Shown here: in pieces, positions 29,577 to 39,582 of the stretch
Numbering within the stretch: the stretch's first letter is position 1
Layout of the letters: every line of letters starts with the position of its first letter
Assembly (NCBI GenBank): GCA_943841885.1
Contig: CALSZZ010000001.1
Span: forward strand, 382,253-446,252
DNA: 64,000 nt
Direction of reading: 5' to 3'
Source of the DNA: Candidatus Thalassarchaeaceae archaeon
GTDB taxonomy: Archaea > Thermoplasmatota > Poseidoniia > Poseidoniales > Thalassarchaeaceae
The notes under the pieces: generated by a model
The model's input: the letters and a program-made list of their open reading frames with translations, nothing else
Database searches by the model: none
Told to the model about the DNA's origin: nothing
Program-made: the position numbers and the translations under genes

Positions 29577-30353
29577 CTAGTATACTTTATGACCAATTTC
29601 TATTGATGCAAAATATAATGTTATTATTGTCTCTCCTCCTCCATCTGCATACAAAGTCAAGGACATTTCCTGTCCTACTGATGGGATACAAGAATACAGT
29701 AAAAGAGGTACACGGTATTTCTTGCCAGCTTCAATAACATCATTTTCTACAAATGCAGATTCATCGCCATCAGTGTTAGTCCCATCTAAAAATGTCATTT
29801 GAGCACTTACCATATCGTTAGAATCAAATTGTAGTGTATCACTTTCACCGCAAAAAATGAGGAATTTTATGTCTTGTGCATGGACATCTAGCGATCCTGG
29901 AGTCATTTCCCATGTCAATAACAATTCTTTACTATCCAATATAAAGCAAGATTTAGTATGTCCAATATGAGGATCACCAAATACTCCATTGGTGCAGGGA
30001 GTTCCGTCAGTAAGTTCTAAATCAAAGAATTTTGAAGAATCGTCGTTAGAAACGTAACGAATCAATTTAGTTCCAACAAAATCACAATTATCATTTTCAG
30101 TGGCACAAAATAACTCCCCATCACCTTCTCCGATGATACTTATGCTAGTTGGGCGTGGTTTGGTATTTACCGTTGCACTTACATCGGTACCTGTACTTTC
30201 TCCTTTCTGTTGTAGACTCTCTATTGTCTCCATGATAACAGTGGAAGCTACAGCAGCAACTAAAATAAGTGCAATGAATACAATCATGGCTCCAATTCCG
30301 ATGGAGCCATCCCTCGATTTTATGCATGATATTGGGGTACCCAATTTATGCAT
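29577..30353 (-). CDS. archaellin (archaeal flagellin)-like protein with inserted Cys-rich lectin-like domain
   Basis: Class III signal peptide KSRDG/SIGIGAMIVFIALILVAAVASTVI; C-terminal archaellin-like beta pattern; insert CATEND...CTNGVFGDP...KSC. Confidence 0.85.
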   Translation of the reverse strand: MHKLGTPISCIKSRDGSIGIGAMIVFIALILVAAVASTVIMETIESLQQKGESTGTDVSATVNTKPRPTSISIIGEGDGELFCATENDNCDFVGTKLIRYVSNDDSSKFFDLELTDGTPCTNGVFGDPHIGHTKSCFILDSKELLLTWEMTPGSLDVHAQDIKFLIFCGESDTLQFDSNDMVSAQMTFLDGTNTDGDESAFVENDVIEAGKKYRVPLLLYSCIPSVGQEMSLTLYADGGGETIITLYFASIEIGHKVY

Positions 30354-30448
30354 ATATTACTGTAAGATATCCCGTGTATAGTTCTATCTAATTACAGGAG
30401 AAGAAAAAATACACATTGATAATATCTAAGTTATCGGCCGGAAGTAAT

Positions 30449-31093
30449 ATGGATGAGGTGAGGCAGAACAGTCGTAGGATAAGAGATGGAGTACATAAAA
30501 ACTCACTAGATTGGTTTGAAGAACTTTATGCATCTGCTAATGGAGATGATTATTGGATTCCTTGGTCAAATGGCTTGCCGCACCATTTTCTCGTAGAATG
30601 GATAAAGAAATCAAAAACTAGAGGTCGTGCCTTGGTAGTTGGTTGTGGGCTTGGAGAGGATGCACTATACTTGTCTCAGCAGGGGTGGGACGTAACTGCG
30701 TTCGATATTTCGGCATCTGCAGTCAATTGGGCAAGGGAGAAATATCTTTCAGAAAATATTGATTGGCAGGTAGCCGATCTACTTTCACTTCCTGAACGTT
30801 GGAATGGTTCATTCGACTTGGTAGTAGAAGTTCATATTCTTCAGGCGATTCCTGAGTCTCTTCGCATTATTGCTGCTCGTAATATGTCGCCTTTGCTCGC
30901 TCCATCTGGACATCTAGTTTGCATAGGTAGGTTAAATGAAAAAGAAGAAGAATTTGATGGCCCTCCTTGGCCTCTTTCTCATGATTTTATTGACTCTATT
31001 GGAAGAAATTTAAAGAAAATAGATTTTAACAAAGGGAATTTTTCTAATGATGATCCCGACGTTATTAGATATCGAGCTGTTTGGAAAAAATGA
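30449..31093 (+). CDS. class I SAM-dependent methyltransferase (TPMT-like)
   Basis: ALVVGCGLGED, VTAFDIS, GPPWPL. Confidence 0.88.
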   Translation: MDEVRQNSRRIRDGVHKNSLDWFEELYASANGDDYWIPWSNGLPHHFLVEWIKKSKTRGRALVVGCGLGEDALYLSQQGWDVTAFDISASAVNWAREKYLSENIDWQVADLLSLPERWNGSFDLVVEVHILQAIPESLRIIAARNMSPLLAPSGHLVCIGRLNEKEEEFDGPPWPLSHDFIDSIGRNLKKIDFNKGNFSNDDPDVIRYRAVWKK

Positions 31094-31128
31094 GGCATGA
31101 GGGCTGTAATAGATTATATTTTGAATAT

Positions 31129-32028
31129 TCAATTATCTTCTTCGATGAACTTAATAATCCTTTCAATTACTTCTTTGTCGCCCAAAATTTTCCTATGCCC
31201 TAGACCTTTAGTTTTGAATAATTTACCATTTTCCATATCATTATATACGGATTCAGATATCATGATATTGGCCTCCATATCATCTTCACAATGAATAAGA
31301 AGGGTATGATTTTTAATTTTTGAAACAAATTGTTCAGGTCCGTAATCAATAGGATTTTTGCCTTTCTCAGATATTAATTTTTTAAACATTCTTTCTACAT
31401 AAAAATCACTTGGTAAATTAAATAATTCAATAAAACCAGTGAAAATTGGATTTATTCTATATGCTCCCAGACTAATCAATACCACTTTCTCAAAACTCGC
31501 CCCCAAACGAATAGAGTTGAGACATGCTAAAGCCCCCATTGAATGCCCAATTACTACATCAAAGGGCCCTTGGGATTTTTCTAAATCACGGATAATATCT
31601 GTGAATTCAGGCAAATTACTTCTATTTGATTCAGATTTACCATGTGCAGGAAGATCGAATACAGTAATGTCATATCCCTCGGGGATAAAATAGTCTATAA
31701 ATTTATAAAATTGACTTCCTCTTCCACTCCAGCCATGAATGAATAATACTTTAATCCCTTTTTGAGGAAATTTATATACTTCGATATTTTTTTGAATATA
31801 TTCAGAATAGAATTTTGAGGAAGTGACTTTATTGTAAAAGTTCAACTCTCTACTTGGGGTTTTAAATTTCAAAGGTCTTGTGAATAAATACCATAGAAAA
31901 TTCGTAGTGATTTTTTTTGATACTATATTTAAAATGCTTACAAAAAATAAGAGCCATGTTGGAAGATTATAATAAGATTTGATTTTTTGCTTATCGGCAT
32001 CCATAGTGCGTCGCATGGTAGAAGGCAT
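31129..32028 (-). CDS. alpha/beta hydrolase
   Basis: HGWSG, DLPAHG, GHSMG, HCEDD, GLGHRKIL. Confidence 0.88.
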   Translation of the reverse strand: MPSTMRRTMDADKQKIKSYYNLPTWLLFFVSILNIVSKKITTNFLWYLFTRPLKFKTPSRELNFYNKVTSSKFYSEYIQKNIEVYKFPQKGIKVLFIHGWSGRGSQFYKFIDYFIPEGYDITVFDLPAHGKSESNRSNLPEFTDIIRDLEKSQGPFDVVIGHSMGALACLNSIRLGASFEKVVLISLGAYRINPIFTGFIELFNLPSDFYVERMFKKLISEKGKNPIDYGPEQFVSKIKNHTLLIHCEDDMEANIMISESVYNDMENGKLFKTKGLGHRKILGDKEVIERIIKFIEEDN

Positions 32029-32046
32029 TTATTCTATTGGGAGAGG

Positions 32047-32274
32047 TTATGATGGATTTTCAACCAGATAGTCTATGTATTCAATGACCTCTATTAATCT
32101 CTTATCAGGTATTTGTTTGTATGTCTGACCAAACTTATTCTTAACGCAAATAGCTACATGAGCATATGGATTTCTTCCCTTAGGATGATAGTCGGATGGC
32201 GGAAGTTTTCCTACCAATTTATCTCCTGCCTGTTGAATATATGTCCAAATTTTCTTCACATTTTCTTCATTCAC
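32047..32274 (-). CDS. conserved-looking hypothetical protein (75 aa)
   Basis: Compact ORF with HPKGRNPYAH motif, co-oriented with neighbours. Confidence 0.7.
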   Translation of the reverse strand: MNEENVKKIWTYIQQAGDKLVGKLPPSDYHPKGRNPYAHVAICVKNKFGQTYKQIPDKRLIEVIEYIDYLVENPS

Positions 32275-32345
32275 ATACCTTGCAAGAACACATTAAAAAA
32301 AGATTTTTCTATAATCGTAAAGATATTGAGATAAGAAATAGATCT

Positions 32346-32939
32346 TCACTTCTTCAGAGAAGAAATAAAATTTTCTACCCTATTGAAATATTCATTTTCT
32401 AAAGTTATTAATTTTATAATTTTAGTGTTAGTTGATGGTATTTCTTCATTCCAAAGTGGCACCATAGATGACCAAACACCCTCTCCTTTGATTCGAGAAT
32501 AGAGTGCTGCACCAATATGAATTGCTATGAGAATATAACTAAGGTCAGCAGAAAAACCATGTAAATCGAGTATAGAATCTTGTATTGGCCCATCAGTAAT
32601 TCCTTGTGTGAACATGGCTGCAATCAATAAGCCCGTAACAGGTAGAAGGGCCAAACAGAAATACATACTTTTATGAATTATTTTTGCAATATATTTGTGA
32701 ACTAAAGGTACGGGTTCGTGCGCACCTAGGAAAGTCTCGAATTGTTGCATGTAAAAATATCGCATCATAACAATAATGAGAAATAGAATTGCAAAGAATA
32801 CCTCAAATATAAGTAATCTTGAATTCTCTAATTCAGATATGTCATCGATTTGTTTGAATATTCCATATACATAGAGAAGTATGAATCCCCAATGAAATAC
32901 CTTGGCAGGTAATTTATGGTTACCTTCCATTCTACTCAT
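32346..32939 (-). CDS. cytochrome b561 / di-haem cytochrome b family protein
   Basis: Four TM helices with His in FHW, IHK, LHG and IHIGAA. Confidence 0.82.
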   Translation of the reverse strand: MSRMEGNHKLPAKVFHWGFILLYVYGIFKQIDDISELENSRLLIFEVFFAILFLIIVMMRYFYMQQFETFLGAHEPVPLVHKYIAKIIHKSMYFCLALLPVTGLLIAAMFTQGITDGPIQDSILDLHGFSADLSYILIAIHIGAALYSRIKGEGVWSSMVPLWNEEIPSTNTKIIKLITLENEYFNRVENFISSLKK

Positions 32940-33145
32940 TTCTATATTCCAGTATTGTGTAATATATTAGTATTAGGATTTTATTTATTCATATGAATGT
33001 AGAAAAATATTTACTTATGGCCTTAATTCAAACAGCGATTATTTGCAGTTATTTGCTGCTTCATCTTGGTTATTAGCAAATATTGCTACAATTTTAAGAA
33101 ATTAAAAAAATAAATAACTAAGTGCTTAGATACTAGTGAGAAAGT

Positions 33146-33532
33146 ATGGAACTGTCAAAGGGAGAGGGTCGTAGTCAAAGTACATTTTTGATCTCAATTT
33201 TATTTTTAATCATATTTATTCCAAATACTGCTCATGGATTATGTATCAATGCAGAAGCATGTGGAATCTTAGGAGGTACTTTGCTATCCATAGTAACCGT
33301 ACCAGTATGCTTAATATTATTGATTTTTGGATTTTGGAAAAAAACTAGACAATTACTTCAAGTCTTTGCATTATTACCTGGATGTATGTCATTACTTACC
33401 GGCTATCTAATAGTTATACAAGGAAATAGATTTGATTTATTATTTATTCCTTTAATTCATATCTTAATAGCCATCTTGATGATCGGTCTTGGGCGTTTAG
33501 ATACATTAAATAAATCAAAAAATATTGATTAA
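33146..33532 (+). CDS. hypothetical membrane protein
   Basis: 128 aa, 3-4 hydrophobic segments. Confidence 0.6.
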   Translation: MELSKGEGRSQSTFLISILFLIIFIPNTAHGLCINAEACGILGGTLLSIVTVPVCLILLIFGFWKKTRQLLQVFALLPGCMSLLTGYLIVIQGNRFDLLFIPLIHILIAILMIGLGRLDTLNKSKNID

Positions 33533-33588
33533 TAGAAACCAATATGATTGAAATAAAGATAGAATTAGTAGATTGAGGAATTTAATAT

Positions 33589-33936
33589 TCAATTTCCAAT
33601 TAATTTGTAATCTTCAGAAAGCGGAGTAGCACCAGTTTCCATTGAAATTATTTGGCCATCTTTGAAACGCATGAAGGATAAGACAGCCTCAGAGTCCGAA
33701 TCGTTAGTAAAGTGAACGATAGAATGTGCAATGCCTACCTCTTCATTCTCGAATAGAGTACGGTTATGTTCTGAAGTTGGTGTGTTTTCACTACCTGCAA
33801 AACCTAAAATATCTGCCTTACTCATGGTAATACCACCAACATGTGGATTAAATACACATTCATCGTGAATAAGTTTTGCTAGTGCGTCTACATTTCCGTT
33901 GTCCCAGGCTTCGTTGTATGCTGCTATGATTGACAT
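33589..33936 (-). CDS. SnoaL/NTF2-like domain protein
   Basis: AYNEAWDNGNVDALAKLIHDEC and FKDGQI patterns. Confidence 0.78.
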   Translation of the reverse strand: MSIIAAYNEAWDNGNVDALAKLIHDECVFNPHVGGITMSKADILGFAGSENTPTSEHNRTLFENEEVGIAHSIVHFTNDSDSEAVLSFMRFKDGQIISMETGATPLSEDYKLIGN

Positions 33937-34082
33937 ATATACATCTAGACAACTTCTATTCTTAATTTAATCGGAATACTGATGTCAAAATATTTTTTAT
34001 ATTATATTCTTATAATGCGATAATTATTTCTCAAAAAGTAATAAAAAATAGTATGACTTTGATATTATGAGTACAAATGAAA

Positions 34083-34583
34083 TTAGATTTCTGCGGGCAT
34101 GGAAGAATGGTGCAGATGAATACGCAGTTTTCCAGAGGAGTCAACAATATATCCAAAGGAAAATTCTACTTTAACCTCATTATCTTCTGATGCTGTAAAG
34201 AAATAGTTCCCCATGACCATAGAAGTTGTACCATTTATGATGATGTCTTCATTTTCAAAACGTACCTCTTTCCAGCCTTTGATAGCGAAGCCTTTATCCT
34301 CAGGAAATGTACTATTACCTCCAACAAAATAAGATAATGCGCCCTCGAATGTAGGGCGAAATTGCTTCTTTGAAGCAAAAGTTGGCTTGAACAAAACGGG
34401 ACCAATGTCGTAGGCGTACAAAGATTCTACGTGATAACGAGCTACTTCTAAATAGTCTATTCCAGCACTTTTTGCTGCTGATATCGAAACGATACCTTTT
34501 CCCCACGCTCGCTGGGCCTTCTCTATATCCGCTACAGTCATCATTATGGTACCTACAGGCCTAAGGGATTCACGTTCTGCCAT
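34083..34583 (-). CDS. iota-class carbonic anhydrase-like protein (COG4337-type, NTF2 fold)
   Basis: LFKPT, FRPTFEGALSYFVGG, EDKGFA, MGNYFF and C-terminal HHSSMP. Confidence 0.75.
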   Translation of the reverse strand: MAERESLRPVGTIMMTVADIEKAQRAWGKGIVSISAAKSAGIDYLEVARYHVESLYAYDIGPVLFKPTFASKKQFRPTFEGALSYFVGGNSTFPEDKGFAIKGWKEVRFENEDIIINGTTSMVMGNYFFTASEDNEVKVEFSFGYIVDSSGKLRIHLHHSSMPAEI

Positions 34584-34771
34584 AATATAACCAGTTAGAT
34601 TAAACAAATTAACTTTGTCTATTCAAAATAATTAATTATAGAGAATTCTATAACCATGATATATCGGGCAAATATATGATGAGGAGTGCACTTCTAGTCA
34701 ATTTCTTCATAATAATGGTAGTTTCATTATCCAAATTTACTGCTGTTCACTCGCCAACTCATTCTCGATGG

Positions 34772-35001
34772 TCAACAGAAGATAATTAATCCAATTTAGA
34801 GTTGATCTGCTTGGTAGATTACAATAATAATTCTATGCTACTAAAGGCATGAAACCCATTATTGTTATTGCTACTGATGCATATCCTCCAACAAGGAAAG
34901 TAAGTATTTGTGCTACGTTCATACCTTTACCATTGACGAGGTATTAATTAAAGAGTGTTTATTTCTGATATAATCTAATATATATCTTTGTATATCTGCA
35001 A
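34772..35001 (-). repeat. dispersed inverted repeat, copy A (~230 bp)
   Basis: Reverse complement of 48566..48814 apart from a 1-bp indel, a substitution and a 20-bp tandem duplication in copy B. Confidence 0.92.
34833..34922 (-). CDS. 29-aa hydrophobic micropeptide, copy A
   Basis: MNVAQILTFLVGGYASVAITIMGFMPLVA; TATA-like TTTAATTA about 25-30 nt upstream. Confidence 0.55.
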   Translation of the reverse strand: MNVAQILTFLVGGYASVAITIMGFMPLVA

Positions 35002-35097
35002 TACATGCTTAATCGGAATTATGATTGTTGTATGAAATTTACCTATCAAATTAAAAATTGGTTAATTTTATATAACAAAAAATATTGCAACATTTAT

Positions 35098-35790
35098 ATG
35101 GTTAAATATGAAATTATTGATTCTGAAGAATTGAGGATGGTTAAAGCTACATTGAATGGAGAAACAGTGCGTGCAGAGTCCGGCGCATTGCATTACATGA
35201 TTGGAAATATAGAAATGAAAACCAAATCACCTAGTGTCGGGGGATTTTTAAAATCATTAGCAACAAGTGAATCCATATTCAGGCCGACATACACCGGTAC
35301 TGGAGAAGTAATCTTTGGACCGCCAACATTTGGGGAATACCATATTATGGAGTTAAATGGTAATTCAATGATCTTAGATAAAGGGGCATATATCTGTTCA
35401 GATGAGGGAATTGAAGTAGGAATTATTAGAAATAAAGGACTTAAAACAATGGCATTTGGAGGAGAAGGAATATGGCAAACATCTGTTTCAGGAACTGGAA
35501 CTCTAGTATATTATTCACAGGGGCCCATCCAGGTGGTAAATTTGGTAAATGATACAATCACAGTAGATGGGAACTTTGCAGTTGCAAGAGATGCGAATTT
35601 AAAATATGAGACAAAACTCCTTGGAAAGAGTCTTTTTTCCAAATTTGCTGGAGGAGAGGGATTTGTTAATATCATTTCAGGAACTGGTAAAGTATATCTT
35701 TCACCTATTCCAAGTACATTTAATAATTTAGCAAGTAGAGTCATTGGAGATACAATTTCAGGACTTGTTCCATTTATAGGTAAAAATTGA
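35098..35790 (+). CDS. AIM24 family protein
   Basis: GETVRAESGA, ESIFRPTYTGTGEV, FGGEG and GGEGFV...GTGKVYL motifs. Confidence 0.88.
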   Translation: MVKYEIIDSEELRMVKATLNGETVRAESGALHYMIGNIEMKTKSPSVGGFLKSLATSESIFRPTYTGTGEVIFGPPTFGEYHIMELNGNSMILDKGAYICSDEGIEVGIIRNKGLKTMAFGGEGIWQTSVSGTGTLVYYSQGPIQVVNLVNDTITVDGNFAVARDANLKYETKLLGKSLFSKFAGGEGFVNIISGTGKVYLSPIPSTFNNLASRVIGDTISGLVPFIGKN

Positions 35791-35814
35791 TTTAATATTA
35801 ATATATTTTCATAA

Positions 35815-35853
35815 GATTATGATGCCTATACTAGTCCATGAGCCATCATAATC
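35815..35853. terminator. inverted repeat downstream of the AIM24 gene
   Basis: GATTATGATG...CATCATAATC 10-bp arms; adjacent ATCATAA-caa-TTATGAT palindrome. Confidence 0.4.
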
Positions 35854-35892
35854 ATAACAATTATGATCAGGAGTTATTTGAATAATGATTAA

Positions 35893-36369
35893 ATGAAAAA
35901 GAGACGTGAAGAAAATATGGCTAATTTTTTTCCTACAATTCATGGAAAAAATCTCAATAAAGAAAAAGTTATAATTCCGGATAATTTTTTAGATAAAAAT
36001 ATCATCATAATAGTTGCTTTTCAAAGATGGCATCAAGAACTTGTCGATAAAACTATTAAAATTTTAGAAAGTAATGGTTTGGATCTAAGTCATGACATAA
36101 TTGAAATTCCTATAATTCAGAAAACCTCTTGGTTTCGACAAGTACGCTTGGATACTATTATGAGATTAGGAATTACAGATTATAATATCCGTAAACGAAC
36201 TATTACAGTTTATCTTGACAAGAAAGACTTCAGAGACAAATTAGACATTCCAGATGAAGAAACTATTCATTGGTTCTTAGTAGAACATTATTCTAAAAAT
36301 ATCCTTTTGAAAGGAATAGGTATTATTTCAAATGAGGAGATAAGAAAAATAATGAATAAACTATCTTAA
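35893..36369 (+). CDS. hypothetical thioredoxin-fold-like protein without CxxC
   Basis: FPTIHGKNLN...IIVAFQRWHQ...WFLVE pattern. Confidence 0.65.
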   Translation: MKKRREENMANFFPTIHGKNLNKEKVIIPDNFLDKNIIIIVAFQRWHQELVDKTIKILESNGLDLSHDIIEIPIIQKTSWFRQVRLDTIMRLGITDYNIRKRTITVYLDKKDFRDKLDIPDEETIHWFLVEHYSKNILLKGIGIISNEEIRKIMNKLS

Positions 36370-36398
36370 AACAAGTAAATATTTCAAATAAAATTGTA

Positions 36399-36533
36399 TT
36401 AGTTTCCACATCCACAGCCAGGAGTATCGCAAGAAGTATCAACGGTTTTTTCCACTACGGGTTTATTCTTTTTTGCCTTAGAAATTGTTGGCATCTTGAA
36501 TTTTCTTTGACTCTTTTGAGTACGGGGATTCAT
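36399..36533 (-). CDS. basic micro-protein with C-terminal Cys motif (44 aa)
   Basis: Manual translation MNPRTQKSQRKFKMPTISKAKKNKPVVEKTVDTSCDTPGCGCGN; fills an otherwise empty gap. Confidence 0.55.
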   Translation of the reverse strand: MNPRTQKSQRKFKMPTISKAKKNKPVVEKTVDTSCDTPGCGCGN

Positions 36534-36635
36534 AAACATCGTAGAACGATGCCCTTTTTGAACATTTTTGAATATAATATAGAAAATATTATATTAAAAT
36601 ATGAGTAAATAACATTATTCTATAAATCGATAAGG

Positions 36636-36878
36636 ATGATAATGGAAGGGAATAGACTAAAGGCAAATTGTAGGGGGGCCGGATTGATGACAAGTTGGAT
36701 TATGACAATGACAGAAGTTGGATTGACAAGGATAAGATTGGATGCAATATGCGCATATCAAGAAGTAGACAATGGAACAAAACTATTGGTTTATACAAAG
36801 GATAATTCCCTATTTGAAATAGTAGAAGATATAGCCTCGACTATTTCTAAACTAGATTCTGAATTCAATATTAATTAA
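36636..36878 (+). CDS. hypothetical small protein
   Basis: 80-aa ORF; start may be internal MTSW. Confidence 0.6.
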   Translation: MIMEGNRLKANCRGAGLMTSWIMTMTEVGLTRIRLDAICAYQEVDNGTKLLVYTKDNSLFEIVEDIASTISKLDSEFNIN

Positions 36879-37066
36879 TTGTCCAAAAATGGATTTGACA
36901 TTTTATTTTCAATTTCATCGAGTTTGATATTAACCTCGATTATTTTTTGTTTAATTATGCCTAATTCAGCCTGATTAAGAATTTTTTTTAGACTATCAGA
37001 TTTTCTAATTAATGAATTAATAGTTTTTTTATCCAATTTTTGTTGGCTTGGGGAATCATCTTCCAT
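36875..37066 (-). CDS. hypothetical small coiled-coil protein
   Basis: 63-aa helical ORF convergent with the previous gene. Confidence 0.5.
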   Translation of the reverse strand: MEDDSPSQQKLDKKTINSLIRKSDSLKKILNQAELGIIKQKIIEVNIKLDEIENKMSNPFLDN

Positions 37067-37148
37067 ACTCTTCCGAGGTAGATATCTGTAATCTTATTTG
37101 CGTTAGGTTGAGCAACGGGTTGAAGAAGGTAAATACTAACCCATATAC

Positions 37149-38702
37149 ATGGGAGAGCAAGAAAGACGTAGTAGAAGTTTACTACTTCCGTTAATTTTCT
37201 TGTTTATAACATACCAAATTAGTGATTCACTACTTGTAGTGGTAGCAATCGCTGTTTGGTATTTTGGTTTAATAATGTTAGAGGAAAATGGAATTTTAGA
37301 TAAATGGGATGCGACAAGAGTTCTTGGAATAATTTTAATGTTAAGAACTAGGCAGGGCCAAAAAATATTAGATACAGTTTCTAGGAATAGGAAATTTTGG
37401 AGAGCATATGGTGAAATTTCTATTTGGATTTGTCTATTTGTGATGGCAGGAGTCGTACTATTACTTTTGTTAAGTTTTGGAAGTAGTGTCACAAGTCCTC
37501 CAAGTGAACCAATTCCTGCTCAAGATTTGTTACTAATACCCGGTGTGACTAGTTTTGTTCCTTTCTGGTGGCCAGTTTTAGCATTAATAGTAGCCATAAT
37601 AATTCATGAATACAGTCATGGAATTCAGGCTAGAGCGCATGGAATGAAAATTAGGAGTTTTGGATTACTGCTAGTTGGCCCACTGCCCATGGGGGCTTTT
37701 GCAGAACCAGAACAAGAAGAGATGTATAGGGCTCCTCGCCGTGATAGAATGAGATTATTTGCTGCTGGACCATCAATCAATTTAATTGCTACATACATAG
37801 TCATTATTCTTTTATCCTCAACCGCTAGTGGGTTTGTAGCAAAAAATCCAGGAGTACATGCAGTAGAAATAATTGAGGATACAGGGGCTGAAGAATCTGG
37901 ACTATTACCCTATGAAATAATCACTCATATGAATGGTTTTCCGGTATATGAATATGATACTTTTAGCAAAGAAATGGATAAGTTTTCACCTGGCGATAGA
38001 ATAATACTAACAGTACTTTCAGGACCTTGGAGTGCAGCTGATTTTGACCAAGAAACTAAGGAAGAAGAAAGAGAAATTCCCGTAACTCTTATGGATCGTC
38101 ATGATTGGTACATAGGTTTATGTGAGCAAAATGATGACTGTAATATGGAAGAAACGGAAGAATACTTGGAATCGATAGGAGTTGGGCCTGATTCTGAAAT
38201 TCCTTTTCTTGGAGTTAGTGGATTAAGTGATGGATTAGTTGGAGTTGAAAGTTATGGTTCAATTTTGAATGCAGTAAGAGATAATAATATTCTTGGGGCC
38301 TTAATAATTACTTCAATAATGCCACTTCTTATGCTAGGTGTTCCACTAGTTGGCGAGGGCCAAGTAATGAATCTAAGAGAACAAGCTATGCTTTCAGCAG
38401 GAGATGGAGTTGTTGCATCAATTCTTGGAACATCAGGTATGATTATGCTATTTACTTTCTTATTCTGGTTAGCTTGGATTAATTTTTTACTTGGTTTTGC
38501 TAATCTAATTCCAATGGTTCCATTCGATGGAGGGCATATTGTAAAAGATGGAGTACATTCTTCATTGGTATTATATAATAATATTTTTAATAGAGGCATT
38601 AACCCAGTAAAAATAGAGTCTTGGGCAAATAAAATAAGTAATAATAGTAGTTTTATATTTCTAATTATTCTTATAATTCCTGTAATTATGTCATACTTAT
38701 GA
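37149..38702 (+). CDS. site-2 protease (peptidase M50) with PDZ domain
   Basis: HEYSH, GAFAEP, AAGPSIN and NLIPMVPFDGG motifs. Confidence 0.92.
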   Translation: MGEQERRSRSLLLPLIFLFITYQISDSLLVVVAIAVWYFGLIMLEENGILDKWDATRVLGIILMLRTRQGQKILDTVSRNRKFWRAYGEISIWICLFVMAGVVLLLLLSFGSSVTSPPSEPIPAQDLLLIPGVTSFVPFWWPVLALIVAIIIHEYSHGIQARAHGMKIRSFGLLLVGPLPMGAFAEPEQEEMYRAPRRDRMRLFAAGPSINLIATYIVIILLSSTASGFVAKNPGVHAVEIIEDTGAEESGLLPYEIITHMNGFPVYEYDTFSKEMDKFSPGDRIILTVLSGPWSAADFDQETKEEEREIPVTLMDRHDWYIGLCEQNDDCNMEETEEYLESIGVGPDSEIPFLGVSGLSDGLVGVESYGSILNAVRDNNILGALIITSIMPLLMLGVPLVGEGQVMNLREQAMLSAGDGVVASILGTSGMIMLFTFLFWLAWINFLLGFANLIPMVPFDGGHIVKDGVHSSLVLYNNIFNRGINPVKIESWANKISNNSSFIFLIILIIPVIMSYL

Positions 38703-39581
38703 TTATTCTTCTTCAGATTTTAAATCTGTAATTTTCTTTCTGAATACTCCCTCGTATATCATTGGAGAACATATCACAAAAAGAATTGTAAATGATAAAT
38801 TTGTCCAAGTTTCCCCAGTAACAAAATGGTGAGTGTTGGATGTAAATAGTTTGATGGAACCTATCCAAGGTATTTCAGAAGAGGCTACTCCAACTACCCA
38901 TTCATCCTTAACTGCGGTTACTGGGTTGCCCTGATCATCTTTTAGACCATTTCTACCATCTTGTCCCGTTGCTACTATTTGATCTATTTTACATCCATTA
39001 CTATTTGGATTATCACCAGTAGTCAGATACCCTGCATGATTTGGAATCCAATCTTTTATTTCTAGATTGTAAGTACCACTATGATATTCACATGGATAAT
39101 TTATTGTTAGATTAATACTTTTTACATTTTTTAAAGATGTCCCTTTCACATCCCATGTTTCCTCTCCGGGCTGGGTGTTATTTGTAACAACTTTCAGAAT
39201 TGCGCGGTGGATTACCGGAGTATCGTTGCCACCATTTTTACTGTATATTATCACATCACCTTCCATGCCATGACTAGTGTATCCAAAATTTTCATTTTCC
39301 TCTTGCATTGCTTCAACAAATGTTATTATTTCTACTCTATCTGGATTCATTACTAATACTAAATCCCCGGGATCTATTGCGCCCAATGAACCATCTTCAG
39401 TATCATGCATCATAGATCCTGATTCAACTACAACCATGGGAGGGAATTGCCCTGTTGCAATCCATAAAGAGCCTAAAATTAGTAAAACCAAACCTATTGC
39501 CAAAAACGCTTCTCGAATAAAATCATTAATCGGATTTGTATTGGATAAATCTATTTTATCAGAAGTTTTTGAAGTTGACAC
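38703..39581 (-). CDS. signal peptidase I (S26, archaeal Sec11-type)
   Basis: VVVESGSM catalytic Ser, GDVIIY, PVIHRA His, TTGDN, IPWIG. Confidence 0.88.
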   Translation of the reverse strand: MSTSKTSDKIDLSNTNPINDFIREAFLAIGLVLLILGSLWIATGQFPPMVVVESGSMMHDTEDGSLGAIDPGDLVLVMNPDRVEIITFVEAMQEENENFGYTSHGMEGDVIIYSKNGGNDTPVIHRAILKVVTNNTQPGEETWDVKGTSLKNVKSINLTINYPCEYHSGTYNLEIKDWIPNHAGYLTTGDNPNSNGCKIDQIVATGQDGRNGLKDDQGNPVTAVKDEWVVGVASSEIPWIGSIKLFTSNTHHFVTGETWTNLSFTILFVICSPMIYEGVFRKKITDLKSEEE

Positions 39582-39582
39582 C

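Noticed and set aside
34676-34789. 37-codon ORF ending STEDN
   Set aside because: Its 3' end comes from the duplicated segment; probably a chance or chimeric ORF
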